A stretch of DNA of 64,000 bases, taken from Gracilinanus agilis (Eukaryota). The notes beneath the pieces are model-generated. The model worked only from the letters and a program-made list of their open reading frames with translations. It did not search any database and was not told the origin of the DNA. Numbering within the stretch: position 1 is the stretch's first letter; each line of letters opens with the position of its first letter. The translations under genes were made by a program, and so were the position numbers. The stretch is taken from the NCBI RefSeq assembly GCF_016433145.1, contig NC_058131.1, positions 653,406,628-653,470,627 on the forward strand, written 5' to 3'. Below are positions 25,765 through 37,935 of the stretch, in pieces.

Positions 25765-27353
25765 ACTCTTGTTAGGTAGCATGGGAAGATATATATTGAA
25801 CAAGTTAACATTCTAGGTGAACAGGGGAGGCTAAGTCTAGGAAAAAAGGAAAGAATAGAGTTACAGGCAATATTCATTTTTAGAAGTCTATCAGAAATCA
25901 GAGAGAAGAGCAGGAGGAGGTATCAAGTATTTAGAGAGGTAGTGTGCTAAAATGGAAAAAGAAGATTAGGAACTTGAAATCCCCTGTTCTACTATTTATG
26001 GTTTTGTTAAATTCCTACCTTCCTAGCTAGCTATGTGACCATTACCCAGTTATTTATGTGCCTCAGTTTCCTCATCTGTACAATAAAGATAATGACAGAA
26101 TCTATTTCCCAAGGTTGTGAGTTTCAAATGAAATAACCTCTATAAAGAGCTTTGTATTTACATGAAGTGCTATATAAATGCTAGCTATGATGATGATGAT
26201 ATATTTATGTGACCCTGGACATTTCACCTTTCTGAACTTCCAGTTTCTCTTCTTTAATTTGATAGGTTGGACTAGATGCCCTCTTAGGTCCATTCTAATT
26301 CAAAATCTATGGACCTAATACTCAATCATCCCATGATCCATCATTCTGGGAGAAGTCTCATTAAAAGCTACAGGATCTGAGAGTTGGAAGGGACCTCTGA
26401 GACTGAGACCATTAACTATGAAGCAATTAATAGCCAAGTGCGTGGTTCTAGACATCAGAAGGGAGGAAAATGTGCTTTTTGCAATGTATAACTTGGCAGG
26501 AATCTTCACAAACTGTTTTTAAAAAATTCTTCAGTTATTAAAATGGATTGATATAGTTTTCTGTTTTATAAATGAGAAAACTGAGCCCCATATAAGTTAA
26601 CTAAGGCAATAAAGCCCAGGATAATGCAGCTGGGAATTTACAGAATCAGGCTTATATCCTACGGTCATCCTTCCAAACTGTAGTACCTCGGTTGTTCAAT
26701 TAAATCAATAATTTAACTGCGTGACTCAGTCAATAAAAGTCTATAAGAGCAACTAGGCTGAAAGGGTTGTCTACTCTCATTCTTCTAAAATCTAGACCAA
26801 GGATCCCTAAGAGACCAAATTGACCACAGCTCCTAACCTTTCTTCATTCGTGCCTTTGGGCCTTTGAAGATAGTGGCAAGCAAGGAAGCTCTTGTTAAAA
26901 TTCTAGCAGTTGTGAAGGAGACCCAGGCCCAGATCCATCTCTAATTCACTCTATACCCCCTACACTTTCCCCCATATAGCCTTCTGTCAAGATTTCTCTG
27001 GCTCTACTCCTCTACGCATTTTCTGTGCCTGTCCCATCCTCCCCAGTCTTCTCCATCCGTATCAATCAATCAGCATAGTTTATTCAGTAGTTACTATAAG
27101 CCCCAGGTCCTATGCCCGGCACTCAGGAATGAAAGAAAGAAGTCCAACATACCAGAAACCATACTAGATCCTGAGGGGAAGAATAAGAAATAGGGCATTC
27201 CCAGGTTGGGACAGACTCTCTGAAGCAGGCAGTCTAGATTCCATGATACCAGGTCACAGGGCAGTTTCTGGGGAGAATTGGCCACCACTGTTCCTTCTCC
27301 CTGTCCTTCAAGGATTATATATAGAAAAATCCCACAAGAGAGGGATCCTGATT

Positions 27354-27575
27354 TTGTTGCTGTTCGGTTGTTTCAGTAATGTCTAAGTCTTTGTGACCCC
27401 TTCTGGAGTTTTCTTGACAAGATACTGGAAAGAGTTGCCATTTCCTTCCCCAACTCTCTCTGCAGGGAGACTTGCCCAGTGTCACACTGATAAGTATCCG
27501 AGGTCAGACTTGAACTTAGATCTTCCTGACTCCAGATCCAGAGCTCTACCTACCACCATGTCCAGCCAGTTGCCT
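27354..27575 (-). mobile_element. MAR1-type SINE with an internal deletion
   Basis: The tail joins gacttgcccagtgtcacac directly; the gaggaaactgaggc core segment is missing. Confidence 0.8.
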
Positions 27576-28692
27576 CTTTGGTACTGATCAGGCCTCCATA
27601 AAGACAGGTTCCGGGCTAGGGTGGCCAGGATAAAATAAGGGATGAAGCAGCTGCAGAAAACCATTTTGGGGATTCTTTCCTTGTTCCTTCTGATTCTTTT
27701 TTGGGGATTCCAAAATATACTCCCCACTATTGCAACAGAAATACGGGTGGAAAGACTCAGCTGCTCTCCCTTCCCATGAGACGCAGCCCCTGGAGGGAGA
27801 GCAGATTTCAACAACATTTTTCAGCAAGCATTAAGGTTGTTTGGTTTGGATAGATTGTGGGAGGCACCAGTTTATGGGTCAGAGGACTTTCACAGACCCA
27901 GGAGGAAAAGCTAGCATAAAAATAAGAACAGCCCCAGGTCCCATTCCCCAGAACTCACATTGGGAAATGTTGAGAGGAAGTTGATCAGGGTCTGTCTTGA
28001 GCAATCACTGATCAGGGTTGAATATTTTAGGACACAGATGAGCTGATATATGTTTTGATGGGCTTGTGGGTCAGAAAGGAAGGGACTCTTAGAATGTCAT
28101 TTATTAATGTAGATATATTTCTTAAGTGCATCCTCATCCACTCAAAAGATGAATATATCTCCTCTTAAGTCTGCATTTCCTCCTTGTTTGAAGGCTACTC
28201 ATCTTGCATAACATCCAAGAATCAAGTCAATGGAAAAGGACTACAACCTTAGGGCCACCAGAATCTGAAAAAAAATCAGAATAATAGGTCATTGAGTGAG
28301 GTTGGAATAGCAGAGAGGGCTTTCAAACTGAGAAAAGCAGAGAATAGTGCAATGGAAAATGCATGGCTTTGAAGTCTGAGGATCTCAGCTGGAATCAAAG
28401 CTCTGCTCCGTCTTGACAATTCACCTTTATATAATCCTTCTAAGGTGGGCAAAACAATTTCATGGACACTATCTCAACTGGCTCCTACAATCCTGTAGGG
28501 GAAGGGGCTATTATTATCTCTGTTTTAATCATCTTGAAAATTGAAGTTATGTAACTTAGTCAGGGTGACACAATAAATAAGAGTATGAGGCAGCATTTAA
28601 AGCCAGTACTACTTGTGTGACTTTAAATAAATCAACTTAGCTCTCTAGGCCTCTCTCAGGTATCTCTGTAACATGAAAAGATCAGTCTGGAT

Positions 28693-28902
28693 CAGGGGTT
28701 CTAGAACTTATTTTAATATTTTGGTAACTCCATTTTAATATGATTGGTTCCCTTTATAATCCAATGTTCTATTTTTATTAAAATACTTAAAATAAAATCT
28801 AAGATTTTACTTATTGTTTTAAAAAAACATTATTCTGAGGAGTCCAGAGGCTTCACCAGATGGCCAGGGGAGTCAATGACCCAAAAAACTTTAGAACCCC
28901 AG
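28693..28902 (+). mobile_element. Old hAT/Charlie4-like remnant
   Basis: Ends caggggttctag and ttagaaccccag are imperfect TIRs. Internal aaaaacattattctgaggagtccagaggcttcaccaga is shared with 52685-52905. Confidence 0.65.
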
Positions 28903-28952
28903 TAGATGATTTCAAAGTTCCCTTCTACCATCTGTGTTCCCATGATCTAGAG

Positions 28953-29153
28953 CAGTGATGGGCAAACTTTTAAAGAGGGGGCCAAAGGAAAGGAAATGCT
29001 CATCTGACAGTCTGTTTCTAAGGCAACTCTTGAAGTTTCATCGTATTGTATCCTACTCATCGTATTTGTCAGATTAGGAATAATGTCGCCTGGCCAGATA
29101 GAACATTTCAGGGGGCCACATCTGGCCCGTGGGCCATAGTTTGCCCATCATTG
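28953..29153. mobile_element. Intact non-autonomous hAT (Charlie-type) MITE, 201 bp
   Basis: TIRs CAGTGATGGGCAAACT and AGTTTGCCCATCATTG (15/16). 8-bp TSD atctagag (28945-28952) and atctagaa (29154-29161), fitting the NTCTAGAN Charlie target. Confidence 0.93.
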
Positions 29154-29260
29154 ATCTAGAATATTATATCAGAAGGCAATAAGGAACACTGCGGGATAGT
29201 CCAATTGTGAAATCTGCTCTGGAAATGAGCAGCATCACTTTCAAAAAGAGATATTTAAAG

Positions 29261-29470
29261 GAGGCAGCTGGGTAGCTCAGTGGAGTGAGAGTCAGGCCTA
29301 GAGACAGGAGGTCCTAGGTTCAAATCTGGCCTCAGACACTTCCCAGCTGTGTAACCCTGGGCAAGTCACTCGACCCCCATTGCCCACCCTTACCAATCTT
29401 CCACCTATGAGACAATACACCAAAGTACAAGAGTTTAAAAAAATCTAAAAAAAAAATTATAAAAAAATAA
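29261..29470 (+). mobile_element. Young SINE1_Mdo-like insertion with perfect 18-bp TSD
   Basis: Full head gaggcagctgggtagctcagtgg and A-rich tail. aaaaagagatatttaaag is present at 29243-29260 and 29471-29488. Confidence 0.95.
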
Positions 29471-29842
29471 AAAAAGAGATATTTAAAGAAGATGATGAAC
29501 ATGTCTATTTGTGAACTAATTTTAGTTTAGAACTTTAGAGCTAAGAGGGATCTCAGAGGTCTGCTCATTTGACCAATGAGAAAACTGAAACCAGAAGAAG
29601 TGAGTGGTTGTAGTCCATGCTACACATTTATACAGCTAGTAAGGAGCAGACCCCAGCTTTTATTTATCCAGCATCTTTTAAATTTAAAGCTCCTATGTTT
29701 CTTTACCAATAGCTTTGGTAGTGAACTGGTAGCAAAGAAAGTTTTCCCCTCTCCTTCTTGGAAAGAAGTGAAGATCTAAGAGTATAAAACATTGAGCCCT
29801 TTTTAGTGAGGTGCATGGAGCATAGGGGATACTGAATTTTGT

Positions 29843-30072
29843 TGTTGGTCAGTCATTTCAGTTACGTCTAACCCATTTGTGGTCTTCTTGGCAGTTACTG
29901 GAAGAGTTTGCATTTCCTTCTCTAGCTCATTTGACAGATAAGGAAAATGAGACAAATAGGGTTAAATGACTTGCCCAGGGTCACACAACTCGTGTCTGAA
30001 ATCAGATCTGAATTCCTGTCTTCCTGCCTCCAAGCCAAACACTCTTTCTACTGTGTCATTTATCTGCTTCCT
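29843..30072 (-). mobile_element. MAR1-type SINE
   Basis: ttgttgttggtcagtcatttcag...tttgcatttccttctctagctcatt...gacttgcccagggtcacac. Confidence 0.85.
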
Positions 30073-32514
30073 GTGGAACATAGGAGGTACTGAACAGATA
30101 GAGATGCTGATTAATTGATTGACTGTTCTACTCAACATCCTGATTACTTTCCAAAATGAAACACCCCTCCCTTATACGTATTGTTTCCCAGGAACTGTTT
30201 AGCTTTTTTTTTAATTCTTGTGCGCAACCTTTATCACCATGTCCAACCAATAAAAAACAATTAATGATTCTCATTCATTTGCTTTTTCATTTAGAGAACA
30301 TTAAGATCAAAGAAGAATCAGGAATCCCCAAATGAATTCAGGTTGAGAGAGAGAACAGAAAGTTTTGGTTCAGAAGAGGACAAGGACCCAAAAGGGAAGA
30401 AATTTATATTTGAGGAATCCAGTGAAATAATGAACTGGAAAGTATGTTAAGGTGCGAAGGGCCACATAAACCTTCTAAGTTCAGTTTGAACTGGGGTTGG
30501 AGGTAGCAACAGGAGATGAGAAAGGGGGTGAAAAGATCTTGAAGAGAGATGAGCAGAGATGATCAGGCCAATAGACTATTTAAAAACTCTCTAAAGCTGT
30601 TTGCCTTATCTGTAAATAGTTTAAACCCATATAATCCTCACTGCCTGGGGAGTAAAGTAGTTTTTGTTTAGCTCAGAAAAAAGGCCCAAGGACAGATTGC
30701 TGCTGTAAGGACTTTACCATATGGTTGGGAGCAACAGGACATAAATGGAGAAAGAAGGGAAGGAAAAGAAGGAGAACCATTATTCTCCCAAGGCCATAGA
30801 CACAAGAGACTCCAAGACCTAGGTGAAGACAGGAAGTTCATAACTAGATAGCTATTCTACTATCACAAAAGGCATTTCTAAGTAGAGAAAAAGAATTCAG
30901 ACACAAATTGGTTTTGGGGGGTCATCTTTAAAATCTACTTTGTGTTTAGAGTGACCAGTAAGGCTGATCTGAGGGATCCCTAATTTTAAGATGAAAAAAC
31001 CTAATTCCATTGATATGGTTGATTTGGTTGTTACATACAAATGTTGCCTTAATTGAAGAACAGAAATGAAAAGCTGCTATCCAAAACTGGAACACCTAGT
31101 GGTGCTGATCCTAAGTCCCAAATCCAAGGAAAAATCATTGTATGTCTACACAGAGAGAAGTTAACAATATGGTAGTAGTCCGAATTTGGGTGGTTTCAAC
31201 TTTGTGTCAGCAGGGCCATAGTTGAAGGGGTTTAATATATTTAGAAAGAGCCAATTCACTCTGTGTTTTATGCCTAATATTTTACTTCCAGAATCATTCT
31301 GGAGTTCCTATCAAAACCATTCCTCCCTTCTTGGTACTGCTCTACTACTTGTCACCACCCCATCCCTTCTCACTAGGTACAGTGTTCTCATAGTACTCTA
31401 GTTAATCATCCTTACTCCCATTGTGACATCCTTCTGGGTCCATCTGAGATACTTAGCCATGTTTCTTCTTTCTATTTTGAATTAGAATTTACTTGTCCTA
31501 TGTCTCACAAGGGTTCCAAATCTGTTTTTGTATGTCTTGGATTCCTTGGGCCATCTGACGAAACTTATAGAAGTCACAGAATAATGTCTTAAGTCCATTA
31601 ACTAAGACATAAGGTGACAAAGGAAAGCAATTATATTAAAATGTGGTTGTGAAAATATTTTTAAAGGACACAAGTTCATGAATACTGGGTTAAAAACCCT
31701 TCAGATTTACATATGGCTGCTTTGCTAGTCTCCCATAAACTAATTCAAACTAAAGTGTTAATGATTTGATAAGCTACCCTAAGGAAGTTTATTTTATTTT
31801 AAAAAATAACCCTGGGCACAATAATGTTGGAACTTCTAAGAATGGATTTTTAGCTTTGAAAGCTTTCAGCAATTATGGTAAATATTTGGGAAAGAGACTT
31901 TTTGTTCCTTCTCCTCCATTCTTGCCTGATGCTGACTCCGAAAGTGATGAGACACCTATTTTCCAACATATGTCATGATATCTTCATGAAAACATGTGTT
32001 CCTTTCCTTTTTCCTGAAAGGTCTAAACCTTGGAGTCAAGAGGGGAAGTCACGTAATCATAGAGTATGGCCTCTCAAGCAAAAATGGTAGAGACTAATAT
32101 TATTAATTGACTTAATACTGCACTCCAAATGATTCAAGATTTATTCCCTATGGGTTCCTGCTCTGGTCCAGATTAAATAATTTTCCTGGCTTAACAGAGG
32201 TAGGGTTCTATGGCCAAAAATATAATAAATCATCACCTATTGATGAGCCTCATTAGTCTGAGATATATTGGTCCTCAGATGACAAATGCACAGTCTATCC
32301 ATTACTAGAACTGGGCTCCTTTGCCCTCCTCTTCAAACAACTCTACCTCATGCCAAGACAGTAGAGTATTAGTCACAATGTGTAGCTTATCTTTGGTAAA
32401 ATGGGTCCCTCTCCTGGGACAGATTTGACAAAGTGAATTATGACCTGAATGGGGCAGATTCTTAGAAATAATAAACTCTCACCTCATAAAAGTGTACATG
32501 TTCTTATCTTCTAG

Positions 32515-32714
32515 CCCGGTCCAAAAGTCTAGTGATGGGAGAGCAAAGTGGACCCCCCGCCAGACCAGCTTCCCCCAACCTGTCAGACCGGGCACTAAAG
32601 TCCGGCTGGCTAAAGAAACAGAGAAGTATAATGAAGAATTGGCAACAACGCTGGTTTGTGTTACGTGGGGATCAGCTGTTTTATTACAAGGATGAGGAAG
32701 AAACCAAACCACAG
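32515..32714 (+). CDS. ARHGAP22: Internal coding exon (equivalent to human exon 2) of Rho GTPase-activating protein 22; N-terminal half of the PH domain
   Basis: Acceptor ttcttatcttctAG (AG at 32513-32514) and donor CAG|GTAAGA (GT at 32715). The exon is 200 nt, phase 1 in and phase 0 out. It translates as (A)[76 protein letters not shown] and [23 protein letters not shown] match ARHGAP22 as I recall it, not the paralogs ARHGAP24 or ARHGAP25. Confidence 0.96.
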
Positions 32715-33062
32715 GTAAGATTGTGAACATATCAAGAAAGGCAGAGCATCTTGGCTGTAGAGGCTTTTGCATCTATTGCGGTTTCATTCATACCATGAAT
32801 ATCACCTTCGTTTCTATGCCTGACTGTGCTGTTAAGCTACCGAGGTTTGGGGTCACATTGCACCAATGGAGAGAGATGAGTGATGATGGATTGGTATTAA
32901 TGGGGTTAAAAAAAGGCTTCCTCACTAATTAATATCTTTAGATCACTGTGTTGTTTTCCCTAAAAGTGTGTGTTAAAGAAGGCTTAGGAACCTAAAGGTT
33001 AGGTGGAGAGAAGAGGAGGAGGATGAGGAGAAGGAAAAGGAGGAGGAGGAGCAACACACATT

Positions 33063-33201
33063 NNNNNNNNNNNNNNNNNNNNNNNNNNNNNNNNNNNNNN
33101 NNNNNNNNNNNNNNNNNNNNNNNNNNNNNNNNNNNNNNNNNNNNNNNNNNNNNNNNNNNNNNNNNNNNNNNNNNNNNNNNNNNNNNNNNNNNNNNNNNNN
33201 N
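33063..33201. other. Assembly gap (139 N)
   Basis: Run of N, just after a (GAG)n-rich tract at about 33005-33052. Confidence 1.
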
Positions 33202-33897
33202 AACTGACTTCCCTAGAGCCACACAGCTAGTAAATGTCTGAATCCGGATTTGAACCTTGGGTTTTCATAAAAGTCTTTAAATCCACATATGTACATACTC
33301 CTGACTAGGAAATCAGGTTTCACATAGAAATGAAGTTTAGAAAAACTATTTTCCCATTAAGGAAAAAAAAACACAGAAAGAAACTATTATGGACTTCTGT
33401 GCTGCACTAGTAGCCAAACCCTTGACCAATTAATAAGGGATGAATGACTCCCAATGAGATTTTCCAAAGTGGCTTTCCTTCCCTCTGCATTCCACTGAGT
33501 AAATTTATTATGACTAATGCAAGTTCTTCAATACATAGTTAATTTCAAAAAAATGCATTAACAGCAAATTTCATTTGTTTATTTATATAATAAAATACAT
33601 AACATGTGACTATGAAAAAAATTAAATATTTCTTTGTATAACAAAAAATTTATCAGAACTGAAATTTTTTTTCTGTAGGATAAAAGTCAATGATAATAGC
33701 GAGGACTTAAAAAGTTCTTTAAGGTTTCCAAAGTGTTTTACAAATATTATTTCATTTTATCCTCACAATAGCCCAGGGAAATAGCTTCTAAAATTCTCTC
33801 CATTTAATAGATTAGGAAACTGAGGCAGATAGAAGTTATGATAGACTCTTCCCTCCAGGAGCTTAAGTCTAATGCTATTTTTCCTTTACCCTCCAAA

Positions 33898-34115
33898 GTA
33901 GAAGTTTTCAAATGTTTTTGGTCTCAAGATCCCTTTACATGCTTAAAAATTAGAAAGGAGCCTCCCCTCCAAGAGTTTTTGCTAATCTCGATTATATCAA
34001 TTAATAGTAGAAATTAAATCATCTTAGTAGCATTATGAAAACAGGTTTAATCTCTCAGACTCTTTGAAAGGGTCATAGGGTTTCTCAAGGGTACTCCAAC
34101 TTTGATAACCACGGC
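33898..34115 (+). mobile_element. Old hAT (MER63-like) remnant
   Basis: ttttcaaatgtttttggtctcaagatccctttacatgcttaaaaatt resembles the MER63 5' end; ...actttgataaccac resembles its 3' end. Confidence 0.45.
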
Positions 34116-35004
34116 TACAGAGAAAGGAGGACTCAGCTAACTGCTCCAAGAAGCATTTGCAAATTTGGGAAATTTGTGTTAGCTTCTACTTCACCAAGGG
34201 CTACACCCCAGGAATTTTCCACTTTCTAGTAATACTTAAAGATCATTTTACTGTCTAGGACTCAACCAGTTTCCCTCATTTTTCATCATGGTTTTTTTAC
34301 ATAATAGAAATAGTTAGCTCCCGTGACATATCGCTAATACCAACTGGTGATTACAATAGCTCAAATGCTCACATTTCTAACTCTTAGCTCTAGATGCCAA
34401 ATCAGAATTCAAACTGAGCAACATTTTATTTACATAGTCTACAGATTGCCTTCTTCAGATTCCTGGGGCTGCAGTAAAATTTTGTAGAAAGAGTACTATA
34501 CCTGATTCGGTAGACCTTGGTCAAATCCTATTGGTAAGATGGTGGGCAAGTCACCTTCTCTGAGTCTCAGATTCCTCATTTCTAAAATAAGGGTGTTTGG
34601 GTGTATATATATATACATATATATATATTTATATTTAAAAAACCTTTGCTGCATTAGGGTCTCTGAACCCTAGCAGTGGAAACATCCCTAGACTTGGTAT
34701 CAGATGGTCTAGGCAAATTCTCAGTTTGCCACTTTCTACACGTATGACTTTGGGTGAAGCTTTTAAGCTCTCTGAGACTAGTTTTTGCATTTGTAAATTA
34801 AAAGTGTGAGCCAAATGGCCTTTCATGTCACTTCCTTTTCTTAATCTACAATCTGATGGCTTTATTATGATCCTGGTCTTCATAGGATCTCCATAAATAA
34901 GTTCTAGGAATTCCGAGTAAGGGAAAAATCACGGTGAAGATGGAAGAAAAATCACCTGCCTTCTCATTTTGGATCATCCACAACTTTAGCATTGTGAACT
35001 TGAT

Positions 35005-35210
35005 GATGTCTTTTTTAAAATTTTTAATTTTTAAAATATTTTCCTTGTTTACATATTTCATTTTCTTTCCCTCCCCTCTACCCTCTCCACTCCCGGATCC
35101 AAAAAGTACTTCTACTGGGGTTTACAAATGTTATCACTAATTCTTATGCCTATTTCCATATTATTCATTTTTGCAATAGAGCAGTCTTTTAAAATCAAAA
35201 CCCCAAATTT
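35005..35210 (-). mobile_element. L1 3' UTR remnant
   Basis: ttccttgtttacatatttcatt...cctatttccatattattcatttttgcaatagagcagtcttttaaaatcaaaacccc. Confidence 0.7.
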
Positions 35211-36924
35211 GATGTTGTCTTTTCATGCCTCTAAGCTTTGATTTGATTTTCACATCTATAAAATGGGCATGAGAACTCTGGTCCTGCCTATCTGACCAGA
35301 AATGAAAAACAAAGATCAGGTGTGATGGTGGATCCCGATGGACTTTGTGAGGGTCTGTTTAAAGGTAAGGTAGCATCATTCGGCTGAATTAGTGTCTCAA
35401 TCTAGATTGATGTTTTGTCTAACAATGGACTCAATACAGGCCAAATGACCTTGTACAGTAGTTTTTTTCTTCTAGAAGTACCCTGATTTCCCCTTCCTGG
35501 CAAAGCAACACTGTTATTGCTGGATCACTAAACAGTGTCAGCATTTGAGGGCTGCTATTTTTCAAATTAATCCCATTACTCTATGATATGCACTCTCAGT
35601 CCTGCAGCTTTGCTGGTGGAAAACAAACCTAATTTCTACATAATTGCACATAATTACTTGTAATGGACTAATTCTAGATGTCTGGTTCCTGGAAAAATTT
35701 TACAGTGATTGCTGTTCACAATAACTAAAAATATCCATGTGGTTGGAATCTTCCCATCAGAAGGTCTGTGTTAGCAGTTGTAATTGTCAGGAGGAAGTAG
35801 GTCTGGTGGTTCTGTGAGCTGCTTAGAAAGGATGATAAATGAGGGTAATAACTCTGCCTATAGACTAGACTTCATCTCCAAAGCCCTTTTTGTGTTGACT
35901 TTCTCATCTCCCCAGCAAGGAAGGTTGGCAGATGACAAGGGCCATTATATCGAACTCTATTTCTGAGAGGGGAGATCTGAAACATGGAAAGAACAAGCGA
36001 TTTGCATGCCATTACCTGGCAAGAAGGGGGAGGATATTTATAAAATTTGATGATCTGTCCCTATAACTCTTTCCATGAGGCCAGATGTCATGACTGTCTT
36101 CAGATAGAATCTAAATATTTAATAAATAAAGAGTTGGGCTTATTTTTTCCTGCTCTGAGAACTTAGAACATAAGCATGAAAAGTGTCTCCATTTCTTGAA
36201 CAGCTATAAAGTCCTGCCACTTCATTGCATGCCAGTTAATCAATCCATCAATTAATGAGCATTTATTAATTGACTACAACGTGCCAGTTGATCTATTATT
36301 TTGCCATTAGCCTTACCTACTGTTTAATTTATTCCTTCACACTAATGAATTCCATTTTCCTTAGTCCATTAGTTTTAGTCATTAATTTATTATTTCATCC
36401 AGTCAATATATACTTATTAAATACCTACTATGTGCCAGGCACTAGGGCAAAGTGGTTAAAAATGATTTAAGAAGTTTATCTTCTCAAAGCATCTCAATAT
36501 AGGGATGAGTTCATAAGAAAAATGCCAGAGTAAACAATAATAACTCCTATATAATGAAGCTAATTCTACGTTTTGCTAGAGGACCTACAGAAATAATATA
36601 TATGTCCTGTTCTATCTGACCAAGCCTTAGGATAAGGCCAGGGAAGCTAGCATTCTCCATGTCTTCAATCAAATTTGATGAATTAAGAAAAGTTATAGTT
36701 TGGGGTGTAAAACAGGATTCCCAGATCCAAGCCAAGAGTCGGGGAGGCCTATAGTGAGAAGTGAGGTATAGAATAAAAAAATAGTCAGTAAACCAGGTAA
36801 GCAAATGGTATCTGAGGACCAGTGGCAAGAGGCATTTTTAGAAATATAAATAATGAGTTCTAAAATAAACAAGAGAGCAAGACAATGCAAGAAAAGATCA
36901 TGTCAGGGACTAGAGCGTGGGTTC

Positions 36925-37070
36925 TTTTTTTTCTTTTTTAAGTTAAGAACCTTCTGTCTTTGTATCATATCTAAAACAGAAGAGCAGCAAAGGCTAGGTA
37001 ATCCAAACCAAGTGACTTGCCCACAAGAGGTTTCTAGGGCCAGATTTGAACCCAGGTCCTCCAGACTTTA
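36925..37070 (-). mobile_element. SINE1_Mdo-like SINE
   Basis: ccttctgtct...aaacagaagagcagcaaaggctagg...gggccagatttgaacccaggtcctcc. Confidence 0.8.
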
Positions 37071-37157
37071 TGACAGATGCTTTTTAAAAATGTTGATAAT
37101 TGTGTACCAATATGATAGGTTCCTTTTTAAATCCTATGTATTTTATTTTTATGCATT

Positions 37158-37286
37158 NNNNNNNNNNNNNNNNNNNNNNNNNNNNNNNNNNNNNNNNNNN
37201 NNNNNNNNNNNNNNNNNNNNNNNNNNNNNNNNNNNNNNNNNNNNNNNNNNNNNNNNNNNNNNNNNNNNNNNNNNNNNNNNNNNNNN
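37158..37286. other. Assembly gap (129 N)
   Basis: Run of N. Confidence 1.
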
Positions 37287-37559
37287 ACTTACTTAAGAGT
37301 GCCATAGTTTAAATGTGATAGGGAATAGGACATTTAGACTTGGCAGGAATCACTAGGAAGAGCCAATTGTCGAATTTTCATTGTGAGCATTGACACCTCC
37401 AAAATCAGCAAATGTCACAAATCATAGCCTGATTTATTAATTTTCTAGATTTTTGGATTTTCTTTTTAAACTCAGAGTATGGTGTGATTGGCCAGCAGGT
37501 CTGATTCCTTTTGTACACATAATCCCACTGAAGTGCTTTCCATTGTCCCTGTGTTAAGC

Positions 37560-37935
37560 ATCTCATTACCTTGGAACACTTGGCATAGGAGGTAAAATCG
37601 AAAGCATCAATTCTACTGCAACCTACCCTGGTCAGCTCACGTCTGGAATATTGTGTCCTGCTCCAGATACCAGATATCATAAGCATCATTGAAACTAAAG
37701 CTCATCCAGAGGACTAAGAACAAGACAGTCAAGGAAAGTCTCAAAACTATATTCTAATGAGGAACCCTTGAAGGAAGTAGGACACTTAACCTAGAGAAGA
37801 AAAAGGTAGCATGACAAGAGAAACCAGCTGCTGTCACCAAATACTTAAGTATCTGTTTTGTAGAAAAAAAATCTCTTTTTGTGGCTCCAGCAGGTGAGCT
37901 AGAAACAATGACAGAAATTCCAGGAAGCAAGTTTT
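37560..37935 (+). mobile_element. CR1/L3 LINE remnant
   Basis: ctggaatattgtgtcc...catccagagga...ttgaaggaagtaggacacttaacctagagaagaaaa is the CR1 RT C-terminal pattern. Confidence 0.65.

Noticed and set aside
29261-29330. tRNA gene calls at SINE heads (A/B-box motifs such as tagctcagtgg and ggttcaaatc)
   Set aside because: These are tRNA-derived SINE promoters that continue into CORE sequence, with no cloverleaf or anticodon arm.
32492-32726. ORF-track entries 32492-32695 (+), 32532-32726 (+) and 32479-32772 (-) as stand-alone genes
   Set aside because: 32532-32726 is the ARHGAP22 exon frame read through the donor into the intron. The other two are off-frame or antisense shadows.
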